From assembly GCF_001194135.2 (NCBI RefSeq), contig NC_068981.1, forward strand, positions 45,971,786 to 46,035,785: a stretch of 64,000 nucleotides of DNA. Direction: 5' to 3'. Source of the stretch: Octopus bimaculoides (lineage: Eukaryota). The position numbers and the translations under genes are program-made. Position 1 is the stretch's first letter. The number at the start of each line of letters is the position of its first letter. This document shows, piece after piece, positions 1-14,300 of the stretch. Below the pieces are notes generated by a model. That model searched no databases and was not told the origin of the DNA. It worked only from the letters and a program-made list of their open reading frames with translations.

Positions 1-22
1 ATATATATATATATATATATAT

Positions 23-190
23 ATACGACAGGCTTCTTTCAGTGTCTGTCTACCAAATCCACTCACAATGATATGGTCGGCCCGAGGTTACAGTATAAGA
101 TAGTTTCCAATGGTGTCACACAGTCGAACTGAACCTGGAAGCATGTGCTTGGAAAGCAAGCTTCTTACCACACAGTCACGCCTGGGCCTA
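23..190 (-). mobile_element. tRNA-derived SINE (CORE/OR-type octopus family), diverged copy
   Basis: Reverse complement gives the head (ggcgtgactgtgtggtaagaagcttgc...ttccaggttcagttcgactg), the body (cctcgggccgacca...gtgagtggatttggtagac) and the tail (actgaaagaagcctgtcgtatata). Homologous copies are at 439-601, 43452-43682 and 60105-60462. Confidence 0.8.
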
Positions 191-438
191 CACATAAAAT
201 CTTAATTTTCTGTCTTTTGCTTTCTTTAAACATTGGGCTGAGGTCATGCTGGTACACAACTGGGAGAACCTCCAGTCAAATGATTCGGCCCCATTACACT
301 TTTTTTTTCGGGCTAGGTACGAGTTCTATCGTATTTCTTACCGACATACCATGTTACAAATACGTAAACATATCAACACCGGATATAATGCGTTGCAGAA
401 TGTCAAACACAGGCACAAAATTACACGTTGTTATAGAT

Positions 439-601
439 ATATACGATGGTCTTCTCAGTTTTCGTTTACGAACTCTACTCAAAAGGATTTGGACAGCCCG
501 AAGCTAAAGTAAAATACCGTTGCTCAAAGTGCCACGCAGTGGGACTAAACGCCGAAGCATATCTTTCAAAAGCAAACTCCTTACCTCACAGTCACTCCTG
601 T
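439..601 (-). mobile_element. tRNA-derived SINE (CORE/OR-type), diverged copy
   Basis: Colinear with the copy at 23-190 (atacgatggtcttctcagttttcgtttacgaac...gtgccacgcagtgggactaaac...ccttacctcacagtcactcctg). Confidence 0.7.
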
Positions 602-611
602 GTCTAATATA

Positions 612-745
612 TGCATACATATATACATACATATACATACATACATGCATACATACATTCATACATACATACATACATGCATGCATGCATACATACATAC
701 ATACATACATACATACATACATACATACATACAAACATGCATACA
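612..745. repeat. (CATA)n/(CATG) microsatellite
   Basis: Direct tetranucleotide tandem; it explains the HT/YI/CM pseudo-ORFs at 504-867. Confidence 0.95.
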
Positions 746-1127
746 CACAGAAAATCAGAGAAACATACTTCTGTGGGCTCAGAAACTTCAAAATAGCATT
801 TCTTTCTCCATATCATGCACATAAGTAGACTTGGAACTATGTCGCTCAAAATGAACTTCTTAAGCATACGGCTTTCTCCGGCAGCTCAAATGGGAAATAT
901 TCAGCCTCAGTTTTATATTTGGAGTACAAAATATGATGAGAATTTTCTAAATATAAATATATTTAAATGAGAATTAACGGACACCAAAACGAAAATAATT
1001 CATAATACTTGAGAATATTTGTGCGTATTAAAAGAGATCAATTACTTGTTACACAGATAATAATGCATATAGAACCGAATTTTCTTATGCTTTTGAGTAC
1101 TCTTCAGTTAGATTCTATGCCCCATAA

Positions 1128-1512
1128 TGGGAGAAGAGCTGACCGGTTACATTGATGATATCGGTTCACTAGTATGTATGTTATCGATACCGAAAGAATA
1201 AAATCTAAGTCGACTAAGGCTGAATTTAAACTCAGAATTTATAACCAGAAGAAATTTAGCGTAACATTCCGGTTTCAAATTGTTCCGCAAGTCTAGAATG
1301 TTGGCGGAAAAGGTACGTTGATACATTCTACCTTGATGCTCAAGTGGTGCTTATTTTATCGACCCCGAAACGATTACTGCCAGCTCACAACATTAATTTA
1401 GTTTAATATATTGGTTTCGAATTTTGGCACAAGGCCAAATATTCCGGGTGAGGGAATAAGTCCATTATATCAATCCCAGTGTTCAACTAGAAATTATTTC
1501 ATCGACCATGAA
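1128..1512 (-). mobile_element. Cluster of decayed SINE fragments (family with the gcctttcatcctttcggggtcgataaa core, MetaSINE-like)
   Basis: Reverse-complement motifs ttttatcgaccccgaaa (about 1354), ttggcacaaggcc and atcaatcccagtgttcaactag match the better copies at 21845-21990 and 47232-47452. Confidence 0.55.
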
Positions 1513-4500
1513 AAAATCAAAGAGTAAGACAACCTGGGTGAAATTTAACTGAGAACCTAAAGGTGAAAGTAATGCCACTAAGAATTTTCCTCGACATGGT
1601 AATGGTTTTGACTTCTCGCTGCCTTAATTTACTGTAATAAGTTAAAACGCAAGCGTGCTTCATATATCGGCAAATATTTTTGAGACAGCAAGTTAAGAAT
1701 TTGCACTTCAATTAAAGGAAAATAACTATCGTAAAACTTTAGCTCCTTAAATCATTACCCTTTTTTTCATATTTTTGTTTGAATATTCAAATTAAGAGAA
1801 TTTCTTACTTAATCATTTTTTTAAAAATAATGTTATTCATTATAGCGACCATTTCTTTGACCTGTCCATAATCATGCTATTATTTAAATTACCTTTGATC
1901 AGTTTGTTAAGACAGCTCTAGATTTGCTTTTGTTGTGCATATTAGTTTTTAAAAAAATAGTTTTATTTCAACTATTATCTATAATCACTATGAAAAAATT
2001 ATGTGGATGAGAATAAGTATATTGTGAATGAAATCGTCATGATGTGCATTAGGATGACCTTTAAATAGAATTAACTAGTCACCTCACAAACAGGATTTCG
2101 TAATAAACAAACTGGACCTAGCCGAAAACTAAAAGTACCTTTTTAAAAGAAGTAAGATATTTTTATGCATGCAAACTAACATTATCATGGGAAACGCACC
2201 CAGCTATTGCGAGTATTGTAAAATGACTCTAAACAAGTGCTAAAAAAAAATCGAAGTGCATTGTCTATAATGATTAGGAAATATATAAAACAAACTGGCA
2301 GATAGAATTAAGAGACGAAATTTATGCAAATAAAATAAAAGCAAAAGTGCGCTTTGGGAAATGGCAAACTAATGGAATAAATCAATGAGGAATTTAGATA
2401 TATCCTGCAACCAACAAATGAAGTGCTTTCACAATAATCTCTGATATATATTATCTTTTTAATGGCGGAATCATTGCGGTAACTAATATATGAACTGCTG
2501 TAGTAATAATGATAGTTCGCTATAATGGCGAGTAATGCAAATATCTAGGAGGCAATCAATTCTGTCAGTTTGCCAACGTGTAAGCACCGAAACTAAAGAG
2601 AAGATTAAAGTTTCTTAAACTAGAGACAATGAAATATAGCATTGTGCCCGAAAAAAATTAAAACTGAAGAGTTACTACACTCTGATCTCTATGACAAGTG
2701 GAATTAAAATTAGGATTTAATCTTCCCTAAGAAGAAATTGGACAAATATTTAACTTCGTTTGCCTTGCGGTAAATTGTCAAGACCAAACACAACTTTTAA
2801 ATAAGAGCAGTTATTTTCAAGCAGAGGTGTCGAAAAGAAAACTCTGTTTTATGATAACTATTTTTAGACCTTTACCAAACTTGATTGTTATAGTCTCCAT
2901 TTCCGAGGTGTTAGAGGAATAGTTGATTGAAATTTTCCCGGAACATTTTCCTCGCGTGTATTTTATTTAGGTCAGAGAGCTGAAATGAAACAAAATTACC
3001 AGTACCAATATTATAATCACCAGTTCCACTACATAGAAATTTACAATTAATGAAGAAATGCTTGGGTAACTTAACGTTCCATTCGATAATGTTCTTTAAT
3101 CTTAATTATTTTAACGATTAACACTAAAAGGAAAATCTTATTGAAAACTATCCCAACATACTGTGAAACTGCAGTATTCTTCCATCTTATAAGGCTGTAG
3201 AGCTATAATAGTTTAAGAAAATTAGGCTGACATTTCTAATAAGTAATCTACAATGCACCTGTACATGATCGATTGTGCTATTCAAAGCGTATGTGTAATT
3301 TCGTCACATTTACTAATCATATGTGCGGGTAAGATCACTCGTGTTGTAATTTTATCTTACTGTAAAGCAATGTATTTTACTTGATCCCATGAAAGAAACA
3401 AACACATCCATCCCACATTTCAACGTTCTTCCGAAATGCACAACATACTATAGAAATACGTCCACCCTACTCCGAGAAACAGAAATGGCATAATAACGGC
3501 TAGAAGGATTTCCATCAATGGTATGTGTCATTAGCGTGACATCTCATTATTCAACAAACAGGAAAATCATAAATTGCATGTTCGTCTCCAGTTCACGATT
3601 AAAATAGATAGCAGTATATGATCATACAACAATTGTATCCAGTATCCACAGCAAATGAGCAACGTTGAAGTATTTAGACTTCAGCGATTCAATCATTATA
3701 TTTTGGTATTGAAAATGCAAATAATTCATTAACAATACCTTCTACAGTTTCAATGACGATACTCATACACATACAGAGCAAGAACAAAAGAATGATGTCA
3801 CATAAATTTTGTAAGTGCGAAGTACAGACATTTTCGCAAAAACAGCAACGACAAAAGAAGCAAAAAAAATAAAAAGGAATGAATTATCAGCGGATAAAAT
3901 CCAGATTTATTTTCTTTTCGGAAGAGCATTGAAAGGCATTACATTCAATATCATAAATTCGGTATAACATTTGAAATCTTCCACAACACTCAGTCAAACG
4001 TATAGACTCACGAAGACATAAGTGCACACATCAGGCAGCTATATATATAATAATACAAATGATATGTGAGCGTATGCATATATACATACATATATGTACA
4101 TACCTACATCTACATGTATGTATAGATGCATATCCGGGTACAGGACGTCAAAAAAATGTGCACAAAAAAGGAACAGGAACATAAACAAAGCACAAAAAAC
4201 CGACTATTTTTACGGACAAGAAATGGTCTGCCGCATTTTCAGACTAGAAGGTTTCTTTGATATAGCGATGTCTGCCTTTCGGCAGCACGGATTGGTATGG
4301 CTTTATAAAATTATTTACTGGAGATAGTGAATCTACACACCTTAGATAGAAATTTCCTCTCACCCAAATTAGAGAAATGGTACATTTGTTATATGTACTT
4401 GGGGACGGTGACACGCTACTTATTTTCTAGAAAATCCTCATCCTTACACTTAATTATTTCAGGTTCAAGTTTCCAATGGAAACAAGCTTCTCCTTAGTAA

Positions 4501-6859
4501 GTTGTTTAGATGCGACAAAGGATACATTCTTTTAAAACGCTTTTGCAACCAAGACGAGAAGCTTAGATATACAGATATCTTCCACCTGGCAATGATACAC
4601 AAAAATATCCTGATGAGATTTGATATGATAGTTTCCAATTAATCATTCTCTATGATATTCGACGTGGTAGTTCTATTCTATGACGGGACGCTTACTGCAA
4701 ATATACTAAGACACTTCGCGACTATTTTTACAAAGTAGGAAACCTATCTGTATTGGAAAAGAAAAGAGTGTAAAAATGCGCTGAAGGTCACACAATTAAT
4801 CATCAATCTGTCCCTCAATATATTCTCCGCTTCTTCTTTCCCGCTCGTCAATTGCAAGGCGAAAATGTATTTACATCCTTATTATACACACGGTGTCACT
4901 TTCTAGAACTCTCTGATACACACAAAATCACTCTCTCTTTCTTTCAAACACACATTCACACATGCATTCACGCATACACACAGACATACACACTTTGCGC
5001 GCGCTCACACCGATATTTCCATACGTCGTTTGAAGGTACATGTACGCATACAATTTGTCTACATTTTAGTAGATTTTTTTCCTGCATTTATGTCCTTCGT
5101 ATGAATTGTGCATATAGTGTCGTATAAACATATAGTTACATAATAAGGGTTCAGTGAATTATATGCATGCATACAAAGACACGCACTACCTGACTTTCAT
5201 AACGACGCCAATGAGATGTCCTTGATAATGTGTAAGCGCGATCAGAGTTTACAAACATGTAATAAAAATTCAGCGCCTTGAATTTTATCACACGTATAGT
5301 AATTTTCTTTCTAGTATTCTTCAGATCATGCTTTTCGCTCTTACGTATTGTTTCCATTCGCATTGTAATTTATTCTTTATTCTATATTAACCCATGTGAT
5401 CATTCGTTTATTTTATTATAGGGTTGATGCAAAAGTTTTCTCTTTATTTTGTTTTACTCTGTGTGTCTTATTTCATTTCGCTTTTCAAATTTACCAGTAC
5501 CTTAACCAACCACAATATGTCTTTTAATAATCTAAGAACATTGCTTCATTTCACTATATTTTACTTCGAAATATTTTGTTCGATTATTTTTATGTACATG
5601 TTTGTCTGAAGTAGTCGTTTGATACCAATAATTTCTATTTATTAAAATCTTCATTCTTGAAATCGTTAGATGTTTACATTGAGTGGTCAATATCATTATT
5701 TTGAGTTGTCTTAGTTTATTTCTTAGTATTCTCAGAGACATACGTAGATGAAATTATGAAAAAACAGAAGGGTAAGTGTGTGTGACTATGCATTTGTCTG
5801 TGAGGAGTGAAAATAGATTCACCGTCTGATTATATGTTTAAACAAGAAAAACTATAATTCCGTTTCAGTACCTATTTTATTTATTTTCTATTTATTACAC
5901 ATTTTCAGTTCCCTTCTCGATATTACTCGCAAATTTTATATTTTCCTTTCCCCATCTCTATCAGTTTGTATATATATATATATATATATATNNNNNNNNN
6001 NNNNNNNNNNNNNNNNNNNNNNNNNNNNNNNNNNNNNNNNNNNNNNNNNNNNNNNNNNNNNNNNNNNNNNNNNNNNNNNNNNNNNNNNNNNNNNNNNNNN
6101 NNNNNNNNNNNNNNNNNNNNNNNNNNNNNNNNNNNNNNNNNNNNNNNNNNNNNNNNNNNNNNNNNNNNNNNNNNNNNNNNNNNNNNNNNNNNNNNNNNNN
6201 NNNNNNNNNNNNNNNNNNNNNNNNNNNNNNNNNNNNNNNNNNNNNNNNNNNNNNNTATATATATATATATATATATTTGTGTCCATACATGCATTTTTAT
6301 GTGAAGACGTATTCCTTTGTGCTTCGTGAATTCGACTCTTGTACGTAAGTCGAATTGCTGGTGGGTTTTTTTTTCCCGAGCAAAGCACTTTATACCACAT
6401 TGTGTCCATCCACGAAAGTAGCAAATATGCACCTGTAATCCAATCAGGCATTCGTTTAATATCCTGTATCAAGTTGAATCTCCCTGAGAACTAATTTAAG
6501 TGTGTGGTATATGAGTGGTATTCAGCTGATTGTACTTTAATATTACGAGCATACTCTCCCCTTGATTATATCAAGTGGAACACACACCGTCGTAACCCGT
6601 GGAGAATTTATTATACATGACGATAAGAATATATACATATCTAGTAAATATGCACGTATATATATATATATATATATGTGTCTATTTGTACCTATATATG
6701 ATGGCCGTCCACTCGTGACCGAGGAATATCACTGGTGACTTTCAGGAATACTGTGCGCTCTACGATTATCTTATATTTAACATTAGCGGCTCCGTTAATG
6801 GCTAATGAGTCCTGCTCTTGAATAGCATACACGATTGCAAATATTGTAAACCAAGCTTT

Positions 6860-6889
6860 GCGTGTGTGTGATTGTGTGTGTGTGTGTGT

Positions 6890-6945
<56 letters not shown>
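6860..6945. repeat. (TG)n microsatellite
   Basis: Direct dinucleotide tandem. Confidence 0.95.
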
Positions 6946-6948
<3 letters not shown>

Positions 6949-8099
6949 ATGACTTCTCTTGTCAGACGAAGTCACAGCGTCGGCCAAAATATTGAACCAA
7001 TGTCTGGTTGCTTCATGATCTCCGACGTTAGGAATTATGCTGCTTCTCCTTTAGAATGCTTTTGGTTTTCGCACACACAAACAAGTTAAACATGATACTC
7101 CCAAAAACTATGCTGCATCATTTGAAGGAAACTGTCAATCGAACATGCACATGTGTTGCTATTAGTATGTACTTCGCTAAATTCCAAATTGCTGTACAAT
7201 TCCCAACAAAGAAAAAATTAACACAATAGTTGCTATCTAACTATCTATTGATTTATTCATTAGTAATTAGTTTTTCTCTAAACAAACTTATCTGCCTGGC
7301 CTCAACTAATTATAGTATGATTTAATCTGATAATATATTTGTGCAGTATTACTATGTGCATAAAATTATATACATACACACATGCGCATATATATGCGTG
7401 TGTCTATGTGTGCATGAATGTATGTACGTATAAATGTACGTGCGTATGTGTTAGTAGTTAAATAGAATTCTGTTAAAAAGACTACGGGGATTATTATGGT
7501 GTGCGGGAGCGATAAACAATTACGAGGTTAGATAATTAAAACATGTCGAGGAAAATGTGTGCGTATATTAAACGAAACAATAAAACAAAAAACAAAAAAA
7601 ACTCTACAAATACAATAATTCTGCATAGTGGAGATAATTCCGCCATATGAAAGAATAAAAATGGATCTAACATTTCAGAATATACTCCATGTAAACGAAA
7701 CAATAGAATCAAGAGTTAAAGGGTAAAGAATGAAAAAACGACAACGTTATTTCAAAGTGTTTACGTAGCCAGTTTCGCTTAAAAAGAAATTTGATGTGGA
7801 AGGAACTATTCCTGGAAGCGGGGACATTATTCTGGGCCTTAGTAAAAATAAGCTGTAATATTATCTTTGAAGGGAATACAACGTCTCAAGTATCTACGTA
7901 TGCAACACTCGATTTTTCATAAGACACACAGGTGGGGAAGTAAATGTGTAAACATGGTAACAAGTATACATGTAAATGCACGTAAGTGCACACAAGCATG
8001 TTCACTGTGCATGCGTAGTGTGTTATGGTGAGGGGAAATGTATGCTAGCGCAGCTGTTTGAAGATATTTTTTTCTATTGGTGAACGATTTGATCTTTCA

Positions 8100-9900
8100 T
8101 ATAGTAGTATGACTGTGTGTGCCACGCAAAAGATTGCAGTTATGTCTTTATACCAGTGTGCGTGAGAAAGAAGGAGAGGAAGGAGTGGAGCAAGTTACCT
8201 TTGCATGTTTGTATATATGGATAAAATTAGAGTCCTTATCTATGAGAAATATATACAAGTTCGGAATGGGATTCTGGGCGAGAACTTTGTATCCAGTTAC
8301 ATGTTGTGTCTGCGCTATTTATGCCTCGGAGGGAGAAGCAACTGTGGCAGAAGATGAAGCGTTGTTCTCTGTAAGAGTGTGAAGCAGAGCTAATATGGTT
8401 TTGAAATTATACAACACAGTAAGATGAGCTGTTGTTTATACCGATATCACTTAGATATTGTTATAAATATATACAGTGTACTTCTTTTTCTAATATTTTA
8501 GAGACCACAGAAAAGTTATTGAAAAGTGTTGTGGACATAAGAATATATGTAAGTATCAATGGTGCAGAGAAAGACCTAGTTACGTGCTAAATAGATACCT
8601 ACTAAAATAACAAGCAAAGTAGGAATGTGCTCGGAATGGAATGAATGGTCGTGAAATATGGATGACGTGGGGTCTCTAAGAGAAAGGGGGGGGGGATGTT
8701 TGTAGGATGGACCATGGAAGAAAACAGCTGTATTAGAGAGAATATTGTCGTCGAATGTTAGAGAGAAGTAGTTTAGAGTAGTAGAAAGTGTATTACGTAT
8801 GGCGTAAATATTTTCATTAATGATGCTTGTAAGGTCTCGAACAAAACTTTCGGGTCTCTTAATGTAGTATTTAGGAATCAATAAAGTAGATATGTTATGA
8901 ATAGAGAGGAAGCGATGAGCAAAGGACCTGGCTTTACAAATTTTCAGGATATAATAGGTGATTGTGTAAGGGAATGTACGATATCATTGATATCAGTCGT
9001 GGAAGCGAGGTAAATAGTGGTATCAGATCTCTCATAATGTAGAACATAGGAATTTGATAGGTTAGTTGAATTCAGAAGGAAGATTTTGATAGGAAAGTGT
9101 ATCATTCAATAGTTGCATTACTTCCTCTCTTGAGAACACAAATACTAGGCTAATCCATTAGCCATTTTGATTACATTATAATCATAGCATGAGTTGGAGT
9201 ACATAACTAGATAAATTAACGAATGTAAAACAGTTCACCAACCATCAACGCAATTACTAAATTCACATCAGCACATTCAAATCACATTCGGATTCAAATC
9301 AGCATATGCAAATAAGAGCTACCACGGTGAGAGAATTGAACTAAATCTAGCAGCTCGTCGTATAGTTTAGTGCCAAGGTCAGTCAATTCATCAGAACTGT
9401 GGATAGCTAGAGAATATATATAACTGAAATTTTGAAAAGTCTGTTCAGTTTTGCTAAGCTCCTCGGTACAAGTGAAAAAGTTTATGTACCTGAAAATGCA
9501 CTCATATTAAGAATGAAATAGGTGAAGAAGTAGCAAGACTATAACTGGGGAGATGGAATACTCAGATGAGAATTTATGTATTAGATGGAATGGTAACAGA
9601 AGAGTGAACTGTGATCGACGATGATTGCAAAAGTGAGAGAGGTTTCCATAATTTATTATAGATCAGAGATTGCTTGAGGTTGGATAGCAGTATTATACCA
9701 CAGACTGTGATTTATGGAATAGGAGAGCTACAACATGAAATAGGTGACCGATTCGGACAGGACTGGGGTGTAGATGACGAAAAGTGAAGGACGGTGAGAA
9801 AGATAGCTAAGTTAACAAATTGCAACAACAAGTCAACGGCACTTTGAAACTATTTTAAAGGAAAGCATAGATTATCTGATGTCGTTTTGATTATATATTC
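8100..9900 (-). mobile_element. Heavily decayed LINE 5-prime/ORF1-like region (I/Jockey group, tentative)
   Basis: Strong purine skew on the plus strand, like 37400-39060. Broken minus frames give Cys/His-knuckle-like remnants (CVV*FQNHISS; FCHSCFSLRG...TTCNW). No intact ORF. Confidence 0.3.
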
Positions 9901-10839
9901 GCTTATATCGCAACTGCTTATCTGTTTGAAATAATTATCATGGACTATCTTTTTTCTTCTTTATTACATCTATTGTCATTTTATCAAATATTTATCTTCA
10001 TCATTCACGCGACCTGTACGCTTAAAGTTAGATCAGGTTCGAGTAATACAGTTCGATTAATACAAAAGGTATCTTTTTGTTTTACGCATTCTCACTATGT
10101 ATGCATTTTGTATACCATGGAGAATTTTTGGTTAATACTGATTAAATGAATATATACATCAACTGTTGATTTTGTTTTCTCTCCTCCTTAATTTTATATA
10201 TCTGAAGGTCTCTCAGAGCGCTAAACGGTTGAGCTGTATAAAGTGGATATGTATATCACTTAATTGTACATTTCTGTATATGCATATATATATATATATA
10301 TATATCTTTAATTATATGTATTCCTTCTATCTTAATGAATAATAATTCTCCGGATAGAATATCACAAATCCCTATGGATCGCATAGGTTGTAATCCTTTG
10401 AAACATATGTAGGAATAAAGTATGCAATTATAACATACGTTTTCTCCATTCCTTAAATATATATATATATACATAAATATATTCATATAATTATAGAGGT
10501 TTACATATTTAGGAAAATAAGTTATCAAAAGAATATATAAGTGAAATTACTAACATGATTATCGTGCGGTGCTTAAGAAAGTTTACTCACAGAAACCCAC
10601 CTACGATCGATAATGTTGAAAGTCTAAGTCCAGCGGTCTCTACAATTAGTCAGCTACAATTTTAATCGAGGTTACAAATTAAAACCGTTAAAATGGATAT
10701 GTCCATAAAAATATACAAGAAGAAAAAAGGTCCGGTGGAGAAGACAATGATACAAGTGGTGCAGGGCGGCTTATATTTTCTAGTAGCTGAACGTTATGAC
10801 AAGCATGAGTGGACGGTCAAACGAGTAAGTAGTTAAGGA

Positions 10840-11500
10840 AACCAAGTGGTACAGGTAATCAGCAATTGATTAAAGCGAATGGGAAATGGATTTGGACTTA
10901 ACCCCATATATGGCGAATTGTGGTAATAATCAGACATATACAGGTACGCAAGAAAAATCCATCTTATAAGTACACTACAAGGTACAAATATAAAAAAAAA
11001 AAATAGCCGCTTACAATTAGGCGGTTAATATTTAAGACCAAATCACATGTTAATTATTATCAATTAACAGTACTCACAAGTTGCCACAGTATACTAGATA
11101 TTCTTAATAAGCATTACATAGTCATTCAAGTTATATAGTTCTTATCATAGTAAAACAATTTAAAATAGTATATTGGCACTATATGGTATAGTTTATACGG
11201 GGTCCATTTGCAAATTAGTACTATTAGTAAAGTTCTCTTAATTTACGAAACATACTTAAAAAGCAATAACAAATATCCTAAGATTAGAACGAAATACTAA
11301 TTAAATCTAATAATCAAATAGACACTTTGATAAGAATAAAAGGTATCCTAAACATATTATTAATAGTACACTAAGGATATGTAATAGCCTTACATGTAAT
11401 TCAGGGAGAATTATATCCCTCCTGAATAATAAAAAAAGTGTGCCAATATACCCCTTTGTTCTTCTATGATGGCATTGTACCAAATTTCGGAGCCTAGGAC
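10840..11500 (+). mobile_element. Possible very old Penelope-like RT remnant
   Basis: Broken plus frames give EMDLDLTPYMANC (resembles the PLE AMG...AP.YANL motif) and KNKRYPKHIINSTLRIC (resembles the R.YP..II thumb motif). Many stops. Confidence 0.25.
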
Positions 11501-11829
11501 AACAGCAGCGACTATGGGATAGGGGATGTGACCCAGGAGAACGTCGTAGAGTTACTAAGAACAATGACACACATACGCACATATGTACATACACGAACAC
11601 GGACGCAAACACATGCGCATATAAATTTACACAACATAGAAGAACATTATGAAATAAGTGGAGCAAGAGCTCACAGGAAAACAGAAACGGTCACTAAAGA
11701 AGTCACAGAGGAAAGAAGAAAGATTTCCGGACAATGAAAATGAATAGGAACAGTAATAAAGAAGTGAAGAATGATTACATAGAGTGTGTGTTTATTTGGA
11801 AGAAAAAATAACTATCCCAGAATACAACA

Positions 11830-11860
<31 letters not shown>

Positions 11861-11949
11861 AATAATTTATACATACATACATACATGCATGCATACATAT
11901 GCTTACATACATAAATATATACATACATGAATTTGCACGTACAAATATA

Positions 11950-12145
11950 CGAGGGGATGCTGTAAATTTCCTGGCTTTAAGGGTGTCGCGAAAGTTCTGG
12001 TTGGCGGCATAGCATGCGGATTTAATTTACAGGACTCAGAGAAATCGAAGGACCGCTACAGTATAGGTATGAATCTGAGAGTGGAATGTTTCAATAACAT
12101 TATTAAATAATCCTTGTGTATTTTCTTCTCAGTTCCACCACCTCA
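11950..12145 (+). mobile_element. Non-autonomous mariner (Tc1/mariner) MITE
   Basis: TA-flanked cgaggggatgctgtaaatttcctggct...ccaccacctca-TA. It retains the mariner C-terminal remnant gaaggaccgctacagtataggtatgaatctgagagtggaatgt (cf. KDRCNKCVNLRGEYVE). Confidence 0.7.
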
Positions 12146-13299
12146 TATATATGTGGATTGTATATGCATATTCGCGTATATAGGGGAAACCTCAAATTTA
12201 TATCACAGTTCTTACGTACGTTGCAACATTTTGGTACCATGCAGTACGTGTTTCAATTTCATTTACACGCTCAGCCACAAAAGATCAACATAGAGGAGGA
12301 GGTCTATACATTAAAGTAGCAGCCGTGCATATATCCATACTCACATATGTATACATATATATATATATATACATTCATGCATATATAAAACTCATTATAT
12401 AATGTAACTGAACAAAAAACAAACATTAATATATATATATATATATATACGTGTGTTTATGTGTGTTTTGCGTGGTAATTCTTGTGTAGTAACATGTTGT
12501 AAATATTTTATGCTGTTTCATTGAACTTGTGTGGAGAGATAGATAGATATATAGATAGATAGATAGACATATGTGTGTGTGTACGTTTGTATTACCATTA
12601 TTATTCACATTCAAATTTGATGCTTCTTTAACGAATTTTTTGTCAACGTTTATTCAAATGATTCATTAAGTATTCAAATGCTGTTAACCTAACATAGGGA
12701 AGCAAACATATTTTCGAAGGTATAGTTATAGAATTATCAGTCGAGATTTTTTTTTTGGCAAAGTACCATTTGGAATTGCGTCCCGTATTCATTTAGTAAA
12801 GTGTAGTACGCAGATTGAATTCTGTATTCGTCTAGTGTTATAAAATAACTAGTTACAAGTTCATTCACTTACATGTAAAAAACAAAGCGTGATATATGAA
12901 TGCATTTTATAGCAAATCCGTAAAACGGAAACCAATGAAAGAAAGAGTCTATTTTAATGTATCGGGAGGACTGATGGATAAATATTTTGTTCCTTGCTAT
13001 GTTACGTACATTATAATGAAAATAATTTGCCTGTAGACAGAGATTACTCAATATATAGATATGGATGTGTCTGCCAAACTCACCAATTTTTATATTTTAC
13101 CGAAGATTGCAAAATGTTGTATGTAACATGATCGTATACGTTTCTAAGAGAACAAGATCAATTTTAATGCAGCCATTAATATAAGATGCCTGTTCTATAA
13201 TTAACCGTACAATGTTTTATTATATAATATCCGTTTTAATCTCCATATATATTTTGTCAGTAATGTGGTGTGATGCTTTTTCTGATTGTCTAAATATAA

Positions 13300-14300
13300 A
13301 CATATGCTGCGGGATCACTTTTATCGAGATTTTCAATAAAACATATAGGGTATATTGCATCACTTTTGTTCAAATAAGAACTGTTAGTTCGGCAAAATAA
13401 TTTCGAATGGTTATTGTAATTACACAGACGACAAAATTTTGAATATTTCTAATAGACACTTTTCTCTGCATGATACCTGCAGAAGTTGTAAAGGTTTGAT
13501 GATATGAGCGAACATTAACATTATTGGTTTTAAAACTAATCTGAATGTTTTATCTGCTATGATGTATATAGTCAGCGACATATGGCTTCTATAGCAAAAT
13601 TGGAAAATTTCCGGCAACAATGCAAGGAATGTTTAACTTACACGGATAGTTATAACATGATATTTCGTATCCTACGTTTTGCAATTTTTAGGTTAAATCT
13701 ATCTTGCATACATTGTAAACAATTTTTATTGCACTACCTTTTAACATAACATTGTGATAATGAATTCGTTTATATAATCCCTCTGCTAAGAACTTGTATG
13801 TGTAAAGGGAGGTAGTAATATTATTACCTAAGCTACAAGGTGACGATCTGGCAGAATCGTGAGCACGCCGCTCCTCAAAATTTTGATGCATTGTACCTAT
13901 AAGTAGAAAGGATAATTATTTTAGTTTCTAGAATTTATTTAGATTATTTAATTAATAATTCGCTCCACTCTGTTGTTAGGTATCTTCTAGGCTCCTTAAA
14001 AGAAAAACTTTGTATTCTTGATATATCTTGTCTTAAGAACGGCCTTTATGAATTCCAAAATCGATAATTTAGTTTCTCTTGTTGCACTATTCTTAGCATA
14101 ATGTAATTTCTTCCGAAGTCAGTCTAAGATCTTGTTACGAGTCATTTCACAAACCTCAATGTCTTCTGATTATATCCTGTGCACATCGAACATATCCTGA
14201 ATGTGGCGTTTAGCCGAAAAGAGTTTTAGAAAATTATGAAGTATTTACTGGCATACATGTCAATAACACATATTGAAATAAAATTTGTAATTCCTAATGC
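13300..14300 (-). mobile_element. Decayed RTE-like LINE reverse-transcriptase fragment
   Basis: Broken minus frames give ILEFIKAV (cf. FIDFKKAF), KIP..VERII and VNVRSYHQTFTTSAGIMQ (cf. F.V..GV.QG). Many stops and frameshifts. Confidence 0.3.

Noticed and set aside
145-512. 120-aa and 88-aa ORFs at the window start
   Set aside because: Both overlap SINE sequence (the 120-aa ORF at both ends) and have no protein motif.
12873-13030. 158-nt minus segment with good acceptor, gtaagt donor and an open frame
   Set aside because: Its phase is incompatible with the other candidates, its composition is typical of random AT-rich frames, and it adjoins a decayed LINE relic.
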